Of a stretch of 64,000 bases of DNA, positions 25,549-36,454 are shown in pieces. The stretch lies in contig NC_135900.1 of NCBI RefSeq assembly GCF_964194155.1, forward strand, positions 20,336,001 through 20,400,000, read 5' to 3'. Both the position numbers and the translations under genes were made by a program. Below the pieces are notes generated by a model that was not told the DNA's origin, did no database searches, and saw nothing but the letters and a program-made list of their open reading frames with translations. The stretch's first letter is position 1. Every line of letters begins with the position of its first letter. The DNA comes from Cetorhinus maximus. Taxonomy: Eukaryota.

Positions 25549-27840
25549 CAAAAACAAAAATAGCTGGGAAAACTCAGCAGATCTGACAGCATCTGTGGAG
25601 AGGAAGACAGAGCTAACATTTCAAGTCCGTATGACTCTTCATCAGAACCGAAGAGAAATAGAAATGAGGTGAAATATAAGCTGTTTAAGGGGGGTGGGAC
25701 AAGTGGAACTGGATAGAGGGCCAGTGATAGGTGGAGGCAAAGGAGAGATTGCCAAAGATGTCATAGACAAAAGGACAAAGGGGTGTTGACGGTGGTGATA
25801 TTAGCTAAAGGATGTGCTAATAGTGACATTATGGGTAGAAAGCAGGATGAGCAAGTGACAGATGGCCCTAGTGGGGGTGGGGTGGAGGAAAGGAATCGAA
25901 ATATGCTAAAAGGTGGAGATAAAACAATGAATGGAAATAAATTTTAAAATAACAATAGAAATAGGCGGGAAAAGAAAAATATATTTAAATATATATAAGT
26001 ATTAGAAAAAAGGGGATCGGAAAGGGGGTGGGGATGGAGGAGAGAGTTCATGATCTGAAGTTGTTGAACTCAATGTTAAGCCTGGAAGGCTGTAAAGTGC
26101 CTAATCGGAAGATAAGGTGCTGTTCCTGCAGTTTGCGTTGAGCTTCACTGGAACATTGCAGCAGGCCAAGGATGGACATGTGGGCATGAGAGCAGGGTGG
26201 TGTGTTGAAATGGCAAGCAACAGGGAGGTCTGGGTCATGCTTGCGGACAAATTGAAGGTGTTCCACAAAGTGGTCACCCAGTCTGCGTTTAGTCTCTCCA
26301 ATGTAGAGGAGACCGCATTGGGAGTAGTGAATGCAGTAGACTAAATTGAGGGAAGTGCTGCTTCACGTGAAAGGGGTGTTTGGGCCCTTGGACAGTGAGG
26401 AGGGAGGAAGTAAAGGGGCAGGTGTTGCACCTTCTGCAGTTACATAGGAAGGTGCCGTGGGAGGGGGTTGAGCTGTAGGGGGTGATGGAGGAGTGCACCA
26501 GGGTGTCCCAGAGGGAATGGTCCCTACGGAATGCCGACGGGGGGGGGAGGGGTGAAGGGAAGATGTTTTTGGCGGTGGCATCATGCTGAAGTTGGCGGAA
26601 ATGACGGAGGATGATCCTTTAAATGTGGAGGCTGATGGGGTGATAAGTGAGGACAAGGGGGACAAGGGGGTTCTGGGAGGGAGAGGAAGGTGTGAGGGCA
26701 GATGCGCGGGAGATGGTCCGGACATGGTTGAGGGCCCTGTCAACCACCGTGGGTGGAAAACCTCGGTTAAGGAAGAAGGAAGACATGTCAGAAGAACTGT
26801 TTTGGAAAGTGGCATCATTGGAACAGATGCGATGGAGGCGAAGGAACTGAGAGAATGAGTTGGAGTCCTTACAGGAAGCAGGGTGTGAGAAGCTGTAATC
26901 AAGGTAGCTGTGGGAGTTGGTGGGCTTGTAATGAATATTGATGGCCAGTCTATCACCAGAAATTGAGACAGAGAGGTCAAGGAAGGGGAGGGAAGTGTCA
27001 GTGATGGACCATGTGAAAATGATGGAGGGGAGGAAATTGGAAGGAAAATGAACAAATTTTTCCAGGTCCAGACGAGAGCATGAAGCGGCACCGAAGTAAT
27101 CATCGATGTACCAGAGAAAGAGTTGTGGGAGGGGGCTGGAGTAGGACTGGAACAAGGAATGTTCCACATACCCCATAAAAAGGCAGGTATAACTGGGGCC
27201 CATGCGGGTACCCATAGCCACACCTTTTATTTGGAGGAAGTGAAAGGAGTTTAAGGAGAAATTGTTCAGTGAGAGAACAAGTTCAGCCAGATGGAGGAGA
27301 GTGGTGGTGGATGGGCATTGTTCAGGCCTCTGTTCGAGGAAGAAGCGGAGAGCCCTCAGACCATCCCGGTGGGGGATGGAGGTGTAGAGGGATGGTCTGG
27401 ACGTCCACGGTGAAGAGGAGGCGGCTGGGGTCAGGGAACTGGAAATTGTTGATCGGAAGTAGGACGTCAGAGGAATTGTGGATGTAGGTGGCAAGAGACT
27501 GGACAAGGGGAAAGAGAATGGAGTGAAGATAGTAAGAAATGAGTTCCGTGGGGCAGGAACAGGCTGACAGGATCGGTCTGCCGGGGCAGTCCTGTTTGTG
27601 GTAATGGTAGTTGTAAAGAGACAAAATATTGGTCCAGAGTGAGTGTAAATGCCCGAATGATAATCATTAAACTATACAACCCATCGCATCCACCTTTCTT
27701 CGGTTCTGAAGAGTCATATTCGACTCAATAGGTTAACTCTGTTTCTCTCTCCACAGCTGCTGCCAGACCTGCTGAGTGTTTCCAGCACTTTTTGTATTTA
27801 TATCTGATTTCCAGCATCCGCAGTATTTTGCTTGCATTTT
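25549..27840 (-). mobile_element. Penelope-like retroelement (RT + GIY-YIG), 5'-truncated with an inverted terminal repeat; inactive
   Basis: RT motifs SLYTSIPH, KGVAMGTRMGPSY and YIDD (ORF 26619-27506, premature stop). GIY-YIG C-terminus RLGTLQPSRLNIEF. Terminal repeat at 25549-25650 and an inverted copy at about 27695-27840. Confidence 0.92.
25610..25650 (-). ncRNA. Minimal type I hammerhead ribozyme motif in the Penelope terminal repeat
   Basis: Reverse complement CGGTT-CTGATGA-A-GAGTC-ATACG-GACTT-GAAA-T-GTT-AGCTC. CUGAUGA and GAAA boxes intact, stem II present, stems I and III weakened. Confidence 0.65.
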
Positions 27841-28049
27841 AGTGGAGATTCAATAATCAACCGTTAACACATGTTTGAAGTGATAGCATAATTGGGTTTA
27901 ACCTAATACCACGGAAGAATAATTTAACAAGCCGGGGAGAGGGCACATGCACGACGGCCAAATCAGAGAATGAAGTGTAGGGTGAACACGAACAACAGCA
28001 TTGCCATTTAAGTCAGCAGCTCAAACTAGCCTTATGCCTAAATTATTCT

Positions 28050-28460
28050 TACTGGGTTAAGCGTCCTGACCGCAAGGGGAGGGGCACTTGCAGAAAGATG
28101 TATTTTTTTTTAAACCCACGGGGGCGCAGGCCAACAACTCTCTTTTTGCTCAAAGCGAAAGGGCGAGTCCAGCTCAGCGCTCTGCTTTGATCAAACGACG
28201 GCAGCGGTCTCCATGGAAACCGGGAGGCGGGGGCCCCCGCCCACCCGCTGGCGGTTGGTCACGGGAGCGGGAGGGGGAGTTTTTACCGCGCGCGGCGCCG
28301 ACCGTTCGGAATCTTGTGATGATTTGAACGGCCCCGTGGAACAGGCCAATGAGGAGTGGCAGAGCCGATGACGTACGAGCGTGTCTATAAAAGTCTTGCC
28401 CTGAAGTCTGGAGCCAACGGTGGTTGAGTGTCTCCTCGTTCCTTGTTTAAAAAGTGGCGC
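28050..28460 (+). promoter_or_regulatory. CpG-rich promoter of the novel small gene
   Basis: Densest CpG cluster in the window. RFX X-box GTCTCCATGGAAAC 28207-28220, GC boxes about 28222-28245, TTTGAA 28323-28328, CCAAT 28346-28350, CRE-like TGACGTAC 28369-28376, TATAAAAG 28386-28393, TTTAAA 28446-28451. Confidence 0.8.
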
Positions 28461-28481
28461 TCTCACATTGAGAGAAAAGAG
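28415..28481 (+). other. Probable non-coding exon 1 of the novel Spo12-motif gene (start approximate)
   Basis: Starts about 25-30 nt after the TATA box and ends at a strong donor GAG|GTGAGA. No ATG. When spliced to 31522 it puts an in-frame TGA (28469-28471) upstream of ATG 31530. Confidence 0.65.
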
Positions 28482-30984
28482 GTGAGATAGTTTGTGGGTT
28501 GTGTAAAGCTGTATATAATAATCAATTGTTATGACATGATATGAAATGATAATTTGTGGCGGTTCGTTGCCACCCGTAAGAATTTGTGAACTCGTGGTAA
28601 GGACCTATTCAAACGAAAATAGAATTTGATCTCCGAGTTTTGGTTTCAATTGTGACTTTTGTTTGTATGAGTTCTTGCTCCTGACAACAGGGTGATAGTC
28701 TTAAAATGAATGGAAAGGTTCCTTTGCCTCTATTCAAGCAGCATTAATGCAGAGAGTTTTTTTTTCACAGCCAGCCTAAAGTTAGCTTTCCCCTGATGCA
28801 GAGAAAAGTGACAATAGTGTGGTGGTTTAAGCGGGCCGGTTTCGTGTCTGTAACATTTGGGGTTTTGACTGAATCGCTTGTGCATTATTTCTGAGATGTG
28901 TGTCTAAAGCCATGGCTAATTTTTCCACCTAGCTGTCTCAGCCACTTTTTTTTTTTAATTTTCTTTGGTGATTTGTAAGGGGGTGGGGCTTGCCATTCTG
29001 CTTAAATCCTCCTTTTTATGATTTAACCCTTTTAAACCCTCATTCTAGTGAAGCTATGCTGTGACCTCCTTTTCTGTCCAGAAATGGATGCATTGTTCCT
29101 GACAGGCGTTTGACCCAGACAGTACAACTGGATGGAGCATCACATCTCTTGTATTTCATCCACTTGCAATAAATAAACATTCATCTGACCTTTTTTGTAT
29201 GTGGGTAGGGGTGAGGAGTCTTAAGTTAAAGACAAAACAAGAAGAACTATTTGTACAGTGGAATATGCTGTCAGTGATCGAAACAGATTGTTGGCATTAA
29301 AAAAAAATGTGATAGTTCAAATTCTTTCCTTTCGATCACCTGAGGAGTCACAGTGGATTAGGACTAGTTGTAAGGAAGATTAACACCAACATTAGTTGGA
29401 CGGAAGATTTTTTTCATTTGAAGTTTTAGTCAAAGGTTTTATTTTCCTTTAAATTTGACATTTGTCTCTTGCCACTGTTGTGCTATCATTTTTTACATTT
29501 TAGAGATGAGCAGTGATAATAGTCAGGAAGTGTTTTTTTTCTGGTCTTAGCATGAATGAATCAAGCATGCATCTTGTAATTTGTTTTTATAATCCCTTAC
29601 TTGATTTTTATTATCCTAAATCCAAAATTGGAATTATGCTATCTAATATCCTACCTGGCCCTCCCCTCAAGTTCAGGGTAGTTGACTTTTCCCCCCTCTG
29701 CTTGTTTCTTAGAATCAGCCTTAGCCCTCCTGTGTATCATGAAACTACAGCTAGATACAGTCTCACCAAAGCCAGATGCATATTTCACTCTCTTAAAAAC
29801 TCTAAATAGGCAGTTTTAGCCAACGAAGCATTCTGACCTCTTCCTCATCTGTTGCCTCAGGCAAATTGCAATATAAAATATAATCCACTTGTTCTTCTAC
29901 CTAGTATGATTTATGACATTTAACTTATTTATGCTAGATATGAGAAATGAAACTTTAAAATTGCCTAGATTTTAATTAAAACCTATTTTTGTGGAACACA
30001 TGGAAATTTTGTAAGGGACATATTCTGAATTTGGGAAACAGTATGCTAAATTACAACTTGACTATCTCAACTTGGATTTTTAAGAGCACTTTGCAATAAC
30101 TTTATCTAATATAGCTTTGAAAGGTACATACCTAAAGCAGCAGATGAGCTTACAGCTGGAGACTCTTTGCCTACACTGCTTGCAAAGAAGTACAGTTCAA
30201 AGATGTTGTTTTGGGAGTTAGAGGTAAATTAGGTTAAAAGCATTCAGTGGATCCTGAAAGGCTGTTGTCAGATGAGTCGAGCTTGAAGTTCCTCTGGTTT
30301 CAATCTATCGGTATTTGCTGAAGAGGGGGTTGGTTGCACTTTGGACCTTGTGTGCTTTACAGTTCTCCCTCCCCCACCAACTTCAACAGCCTGTCCTAGT
30401 TTTGACATGAAGGGTTTTACTTGCATGTTTAAGGTTCATCACCCTCGTGCTTGACTAGCCTATAATCCTGTTGAGTGATCTGTGATTGCTTCGACTATTG
30501 CATGCTCCGAAATCTTTAAAATGGTCACCTTTGACATGCACCACATCTAATCTAGGACGGTTGTGTATTTCTGGAATGTGTTAATTCCTTATTTTGTGAC
30601 CTAGTTAGATTCTTAAACTAAAGCTCTTGCAGTAACCAGTTAGCCTTGTAGCATTTGGTCTGATTGGAGTATAGATCAAGCAACCTAAAGGGCCAATAAT
30701 TCCGTTACGATCAAAATTTGAGTATTAAGACTGAAAAGAGCATTTAATTTGGGATGTGCCAAGCTTGACTTTTAAATCTAGAAATTTGTAATAGGACGAA
30801 CTGAAGGAGGTAAGGAGTTTCTCAGTATTGAGTCTTAAAATTTTGGTTGGTTGCTTGCTTCTCCATCTGAGCCATCTTAAACTAGAGGGTAAGACACTCA
30901 GATGAGTAGCTAAGTTACTGATGGTTACAAAACAACTTGATAGGTACAGTTTAAACAAATACATTTCCTTTTATGCAAACATAC

Positions 30985-31390
30985 ATACCAACATACAAAT
31001 TAGGATCTGGAGTAGGCCATTCAGTCCTTGAGCCTGCTCTGCCATTCAATAAGATCATGGCTGGTCTGATTTGTAACCTGAACCCCACATTCCTGCCTAC
31101 TCCAATAACCTTTCACTCCCTTGTTAATCAGTCTATTTAGCCCTGCCTTAAAAATATTCAAAGACTCTGCTAACCACCCTCAGAATTTCTCCTCATATGT
31201 CTTAAATGAGTGACCCCTTATTTTAAAACAGTGACCCCCACCCCCGATTCTCCCACAAGAGGAAACATCCTCTCCACGTCCGTCCTGTTGAGACTTTCGA
31301 TCTTAAAGGTTTCAATCAAGTTGCCTCTTACTCTTCTAAATTCCAGTGGATACAAGCCTAACCTATTCAACCTTTCCTCAGAAGACAGCC
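30985..31390 (-). mobile_element. CR1 3' end in intron 1 of the novel gene
   Basis: ORF 31218-31442 (EERLNRLGLYPLEFRRVRGNLIETFKI) and CR1 tail ggagtaggccattcag...ccattcaataagatcatggct. Confidence 0.85.
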
Positions 31391-31529
31391 TGCAATTTTT
31401 TACACCTTTTTTGACTATGGAATGTGGCATTGTAGCCTCCAATACTTGTTTTGTCTATGGATGCATACATTGAACAGTATCAGCCGTAACCTTTTTTCCT
31501 CTGCGTTCTTTTCTCTACCAGATTTTGAA

Positions 31530-31621
31530 ATGAACACAAGCAAAGCTTTGACTAAGCACAGTGACCCAAACCAACAGCCCCCAACTCCAAGTTTAACAAA
31601 GAGAAAACAGGCACAGGAGAA
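31530..31621 (+). CDS. Novel Spo12-motif protein, first coding exon (exon starts at 31522)
   Basis: Long polypyrimidine tract + CAG (31520-31521). gaaATGa start. Encodes MNTSKALTKHSDPNQQPPTPSLTKRKQAQE(K). Donor AA|GTAAGC, phase 2. Confidence 0.8.
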
Positions 31622-31697
31622 GTAAGCTTTTTAAAATTCAAACAATTGTGACATGCATACATAGTATTCACATACTAACTACATTTTTCATCTTTAG

Positions 31698-31781
31698 GAA
31701 ATTCTTCCGAAGTCCAACTGACAGCATGCTTTCTCCATGCTCTCAAAGGCTGATGAAACCAAAGCATGTGAACCATACAGA
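31698..31781 (+). CDS. Novel Spo12-motif protein, second coding exon (Spo12 signature)
   Basis: 76-nt intron with a perfect TACTAAC branch point (31673-31679) and tctttAG. 84-nt phase 2-2 exon encoding KFFRSPTDSMLSPCSQRLMKPKHVNHT(E). Donor GA|GTAAGT. Confidence 0.85.
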
Positions 31782-33148
31782 GTAAGTTCTTGCAATGTGT
31801 AATTTTAACATTAGATATTCTATGTAAATTACACAGGCTTAAATGGCACATTTTAAGTCTTCAATAACTAAATGGAAAAATGTGGCAACTGAACTTGGTA
31901 TCTGTAGTTATCAAGTAGTTGGGGTGGCTTTTTGAAGAATGGAATTCACTTTGCTTCTGCAATATAACTTATAGTCAAGAAAACAGCATACTGACTAATT
32001 ACATCATGTGATCATAATGGTGAGTTGATATTTGTGTACCATTAGATGTTTTTGAGTTATCAGTTACCTTGGAAATTAATTACAAGAACGTGCCAGCTTT
32101 TATAGATGAGCTGCAAGACTTTCCCAGATGTCTCTACTCTGGACCATTGTGGAATATAATGTTGGCCCCAAAGGTCACTGGGATGAAGCTGTTGCTGGTG
32201 ATCTCCCAAAGGCTTACTACTTTTGCTCCCTATGGAGTCAGGGGAATAGTTTTAGTACATTTCTTTAAACCGAAAAGGCTTAATGGATCCACTTGCTGCA
32301 CACTTCATTGGGTACTGATTCAGCATTATTTTCATTGTTAAATTTGTGTAATAGCGTCAGCTGAGATGGATCAGGCTTCAACTGATCTTGAGCCCAGCTT
32401 TTAAAGTGCACAATTCTGAAAACAATATAATCTTGGTTTTCTTAAATTTTGTGCTTCAGAAATTGATCTCTCAACTATTGCCTCTAGTTGAGGACTTCCT
32501 GCAAACTGAATAATTGAATTTCAAATGTAGCTAATTTCCCATGGGATCTTCTGCTAGCTTGAAGCCACTCCTGTGGTTTCCCTCATTAATGTTTCAATCT
32601 TCAGTTATCTGGCAGGAAAGAGCTGTTTAGAGATCAAAGTGGCATCAGCCAAACCACTTTTTTTTATTTTTGGTTCAAGTCTCAGTATAGACCAGCCATT
32701 CCAGTTACAGGCCTGGACAGTAGCCCTCTTGTGGTATTGCTAGGAGTTTAAAACTGGACACCAAAATGGGCCTGTTTTTCTTCCCCTTTATCATGGTGAT
32801 GAATGTTTTGAAGTTGATTATTTTCATAGATATACTTTAACATTGATTTGCCTTAACTTTTAGTTTGAACACGAATACTATTGAATTGGCTATTAAACAG
32901 CTATCTGAACCTGTAGAACAGTTGAAGTAGGAGGTATGCACTAGTTTTGCAATTATTATCTATGGGAATTTGACTAAACCACAGATGAGAGGTTGCTGTA
33001 TAGTGGTACACATTCTAATGTGCTGTCATAAGAATAACATCCCACATAATTGAATGATAGTAGGTAGACACTTAATGCTAATTAGAATATCAAAAGATTA
33101 CTTTTTACATAAATGTTGATAACACCTGTTGTTTAAATGTGTCCTCAG

Positions 33149-33260
33149 GCTTCAAAGCAACGAGATTACTACCCAAGTTCATGAATTCTCTTTTGGAGAT
33201 AAAGAGAATGATTTTACTAATCTGGAACAAAGACTTTCTTTTGGAAGAAGTACTAGTTAA
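33149..33260 (+). CDS. Novel Spo12-motif protein, terminal coding exon (KEN box)
   Basis: gtcctcAG acceptor. Phase-compatible open frame LQSNEITTQVHEFSFGDKENDFTNLEQRLSFGRSTS, stop TAA at 33258-33260. Confidence 0.7.
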
Positions 33261-33503
33261 CTTTATTCTTTGGATTTTCTTCTTTTGGAAAGGGTAACAA
33301 TATTTTTGATCTTGTACAGAGAAACATACATATTCTATTTCCTTTCAAATGTAACTCTATCTCCAGGACTAGCTATACTTTAAACTGGATGCTTTTTACA
33401 AGGTGCAATCCTCTAACTTCAGTGGGATAGTTGCAATTTTTTCACTATTTATGCTGTTACTTTATTTTGTCAACTAATTGTACAGGTGTATTTTGATCAC
33501 TGA

Positions 33504-33509
33504 AATAAA
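33504..33509 (+). terminator. Candidate poly(A) signal of the novel gene
   Basis: First AATAAA after the stop, about 245 nt downstream, in U-rich context and before repeats resume at about 33690. Confidence 0.55.
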
Positions 33510-33689
33510 AGAAGCTGTATCTAATATAATTATACCATCGAATGGTATGATCTTACACAGTGACAACAGCCTGAATCAAGTTATTCAGCTTGTGCATTGG
33601 CAATCAAACCTTCAGTATTGCAACACATTCAATTAGTATCAAAGCTTAGTTCTTCAGTAGTACTTGGAAACAAAATTTAAGCTTTCAAC

Positions 33690-34790
33690 AACAACTTGCA
33701 TTAATTGCAACATTCCATGGTGTTTCACAAACAATGTCAGACATTTGACAACCAAAAAATTAGGACAAATGACAAAGCTTTGTCAGAGGTGGATTGTAAG
33801 GAAAGCTTGAGAGAATTCCAGGGCTTGGGAGCTGGACAATAAAGCACAGCTGCTCAGTGGTGGAACAATGAAAATTTGATAAGAGCCCTAAATTGGGAGA
33901 GCAGAGACTAAAGGTTGTAGAGCTAGACAAGGGGTAAAGCTATGAAAGGATTTGCATACAAGTTTTAGCACTTTTTATATTTAGAGGTTTTGGGTGCACA
34001 GGAAGCAATGTAGTGAATTGATGAGTGGACAGGACTTGGTGTGAGGTAAGGTATGGGCAGCAGAGATTTTGATCTGCAAATTTGCAGATGGTGGTAAGTT
34101 AGCTGGGGAGCATTGGAGTTGTCATACCTGGAGGCAACTGACAATGGATGAGAGTTTCAACAAACCAGCTGATGCAGGCATGGAGGTGGTTTTGTTATGG
34201 AATTGGAAAAAACTGTTATAGGAGACTAAGGTTGCAAATAGTTTCACTCAGACTCTCCCCAGGGAGGGGATGGAGTTTATGGTAGAAAATGAAGACAATG
34301 GTTTCGGTCTTCACTACTGCTCAATCAACAAGTTGCTGGACAGGTCATGACAAGTTGAAGGCAGTGGAGAGATCAGAGATGTAACAAGGTAACATGAACA
34401 TATTTGTATGAGAAAGTAGGATAAATATTTTTGTGTAGCTATGGATTTCCATCCCCATAGGAATACAAGAATGGGAATAGGCCATTCAACACCTTGAGTT
34501 TGGTTTTAATTTGTATCTGCTTCCACCACCCTTTCAGGCCATGCATTCCAGATCATCATAGCTGTGTCAACAAATGTTTATGTTGCTCTGGCTCTTTTTG
34601 CTATTACTTCAAATGTTGAAGGAGAACAGCCCAGCTTCTCCACCTAACTGAAATTTCTCATCCCTGGTACCATTCTAATTGATCTGTTCTGCACCCTCTC
34701 TCAGGACTTGACATCCTTCCTGAAGTGTGGCACCCAGAATTGGATGTAATACTCCAGCTGGGACATAACCAGTGTTTTTAAAGTTCAGTA
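33690..34790 (-). mobile_element. Degraded L2 3' remnant followed by a CR1 3' remnant
   Basis: caacaacaacttgcatt tail and gacttggtgtgagg..ggcagcagag motifs shared with the L2 at 45485. CR1 tail and gtgtggcacccagaattgg at 34460-34790. Confidence 0.55.
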
Positions 34791-36454
34791 TTTAACACTA
34801 GCTGTTTTCTGCACAAGTTATTATTTCCTTTCTCTTCTGTAAGATTGCAGTTATGTTGCGCAGTGCAAAAAGTAGACACCACTTACAAATTGTACTGGGA
34901 GATACAAATTTCATGATCTGAGAGCAAGGGCACTGCATCTTGTTTGTATATCTCATTCTGCTTCTGAGTTTCCAGTTTATGCACCAAATTTGGAAAAGCA
35001 TCAGAAGTTGCCCTCAAATTTTGGGTTGAGATTCAGTTCCCTTCAGTTATACGCCAAGCAATGAGATGACTTTCTTCAGAGACTTGCACTGCATTTTAAT
35101 GTATTCCAGAATTTGATCAACATCTAACTGGTATTATACATGCATACTAGTTTTTATGTGTATGCAAAATTGCTTTGTATTAGAAAATTTGTTAATATAG
35201 CTGTTCCCTAACATCTTTAATTGTGGTGTCTATCCAACATATTATAAATATTTTCTTCCATTGCACAGATCCAAGAATTTTGAAATAAAATGTTCATTCA
35301 AATTGTCATATGAGAGTTAATTCATTTATTCTGTTACACAATACTTAAGTGTCAAACACATTCACAAAATCATTACTGGCTGAGAGGATTTTTGAGGTAA
35401 AATATCCAGGATTATATTCATTAGTGCAAAGTTGAGATCTAATTGTTTTGAATTTTTACAGATACAATACATTTAATTGAATCAGCTATTGAACTTAATG
35501 CTGCCTAAAGTATGGCAATTAAATCAGTAACAAAAAAATTGTTGGATTATAGTCAAAACATAGGACTGGAGTAGATAGCTCTGATTAGAGAGGCAAGAGT
35601 GACATCATAGAAATAGTACTTTAAACACAAAAGGAGACTATAGGCTTAAATCCAACAACTTCTCTCCTTGCTACCTTTGCCTTCTGAAGTAGCAAGCTGC
35701 ATCTTGCTAGGCCTATGCACATCCTGGACGTTGAGCTGGAAGGGAATCGTGAATTGAACTAGGGATGACAATTCAGGTTGTGTGTGTATATAGCAAAGAT
35801 CTAATTTTCAGCTGAGGTGTATGGGATTAGATAGGACTCTTGTACTTAATTTTAAAACAATTTGCATATTGTTATTAGTTTCAAAAGTGATCCAAAAAGC
35901 CCTGAACGTCATTAAGTCCTCCATTAAAAAGGATTATTTATATTTTAGAGATCATACATTTGGTAAACTTTATCAGCACCAGTTTTTAAATGTTTTTGCA
36001 AGTGTAAATTATGGAATTTGCTCAGCAAAACTTTGACAAAAAATAAGAGCTGTATCATAAAGAATTTGACATTTTTGTTAAGATAAATGGAAATGCAAAT
36101 GGTGTAAACCTAAACTGTTGACGAAGATCCTTAATATATTAAAACAAAAAAATCAATTATCCTAAACTAACTATTTCCTTTTATATAATGCTTTTAATGT
36201 AATAAAACATCCCAAGGTGCTTAACAGGAATGTTATCAAAATATGACATAACTTTGCAACAGCTTGTGTACATATAAATATCTATAGTACCCATTAACAT
36301 ACCTGCTCCCTTGCCCTGCTCCTGAAGCATCAGCAGACAATGAACCAAGGACCTGCCTTTGGGCAGAGTACATGAATGAATGAAAATGATCATTTAACAT
36401 GCTATCAAGCAATATTTGACACTGAGCCACAAGGAAATGTTTTTTCATATTCCT

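Noticed and set aside
26363-27223. Long Ser/Pro/Thr-rich ORF (and the N-terminal part of ORF 62733-63917) overlapping the Penelope RT
   Set aside because: Most simply an alternative-frame shadow of the C-rich RT coding strand, with non-ATG starts and no domain. Being open in both copies reflects shared ancestry.
28088-28466. ORFs 28088-28327 (+) and 28191-28466 (-) in the CpG-rich region
   Set aside because: Non-ATG starts, low-complexity GC-driven frames over promoter motifs, no recognisable domain.
29504-29550. Possible extra coding exon (ttttAG AG ATG AGC AGT GAT...) in intron 1 of the novel gene
   Set aside because: The frame stops at TAG 29548-29550, and there is no good phase-1 donor to join exon 31522.
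31422-31529. N-terminal extension of ORF 31422-31625
   Set aside because: It reads through the polypyrimidine tract and acceptor of the exon starting at 31522, so it is intronic.
33261-33503. Cytoplasmic polyadenylation elements in the 3' UTR of the novel gene
   Set aside because: U-rich, but I found no consensus UUUUAU or UUUUAAU near the hexamer.
35269-35320. Strong-looking acceptor (ttttcttccattgcacAG) followed by AATAAA: possible alternative last exon of the novel gene
   Set aside because: Only a short, featureless frame and no independent support; RNA-seq is needed.
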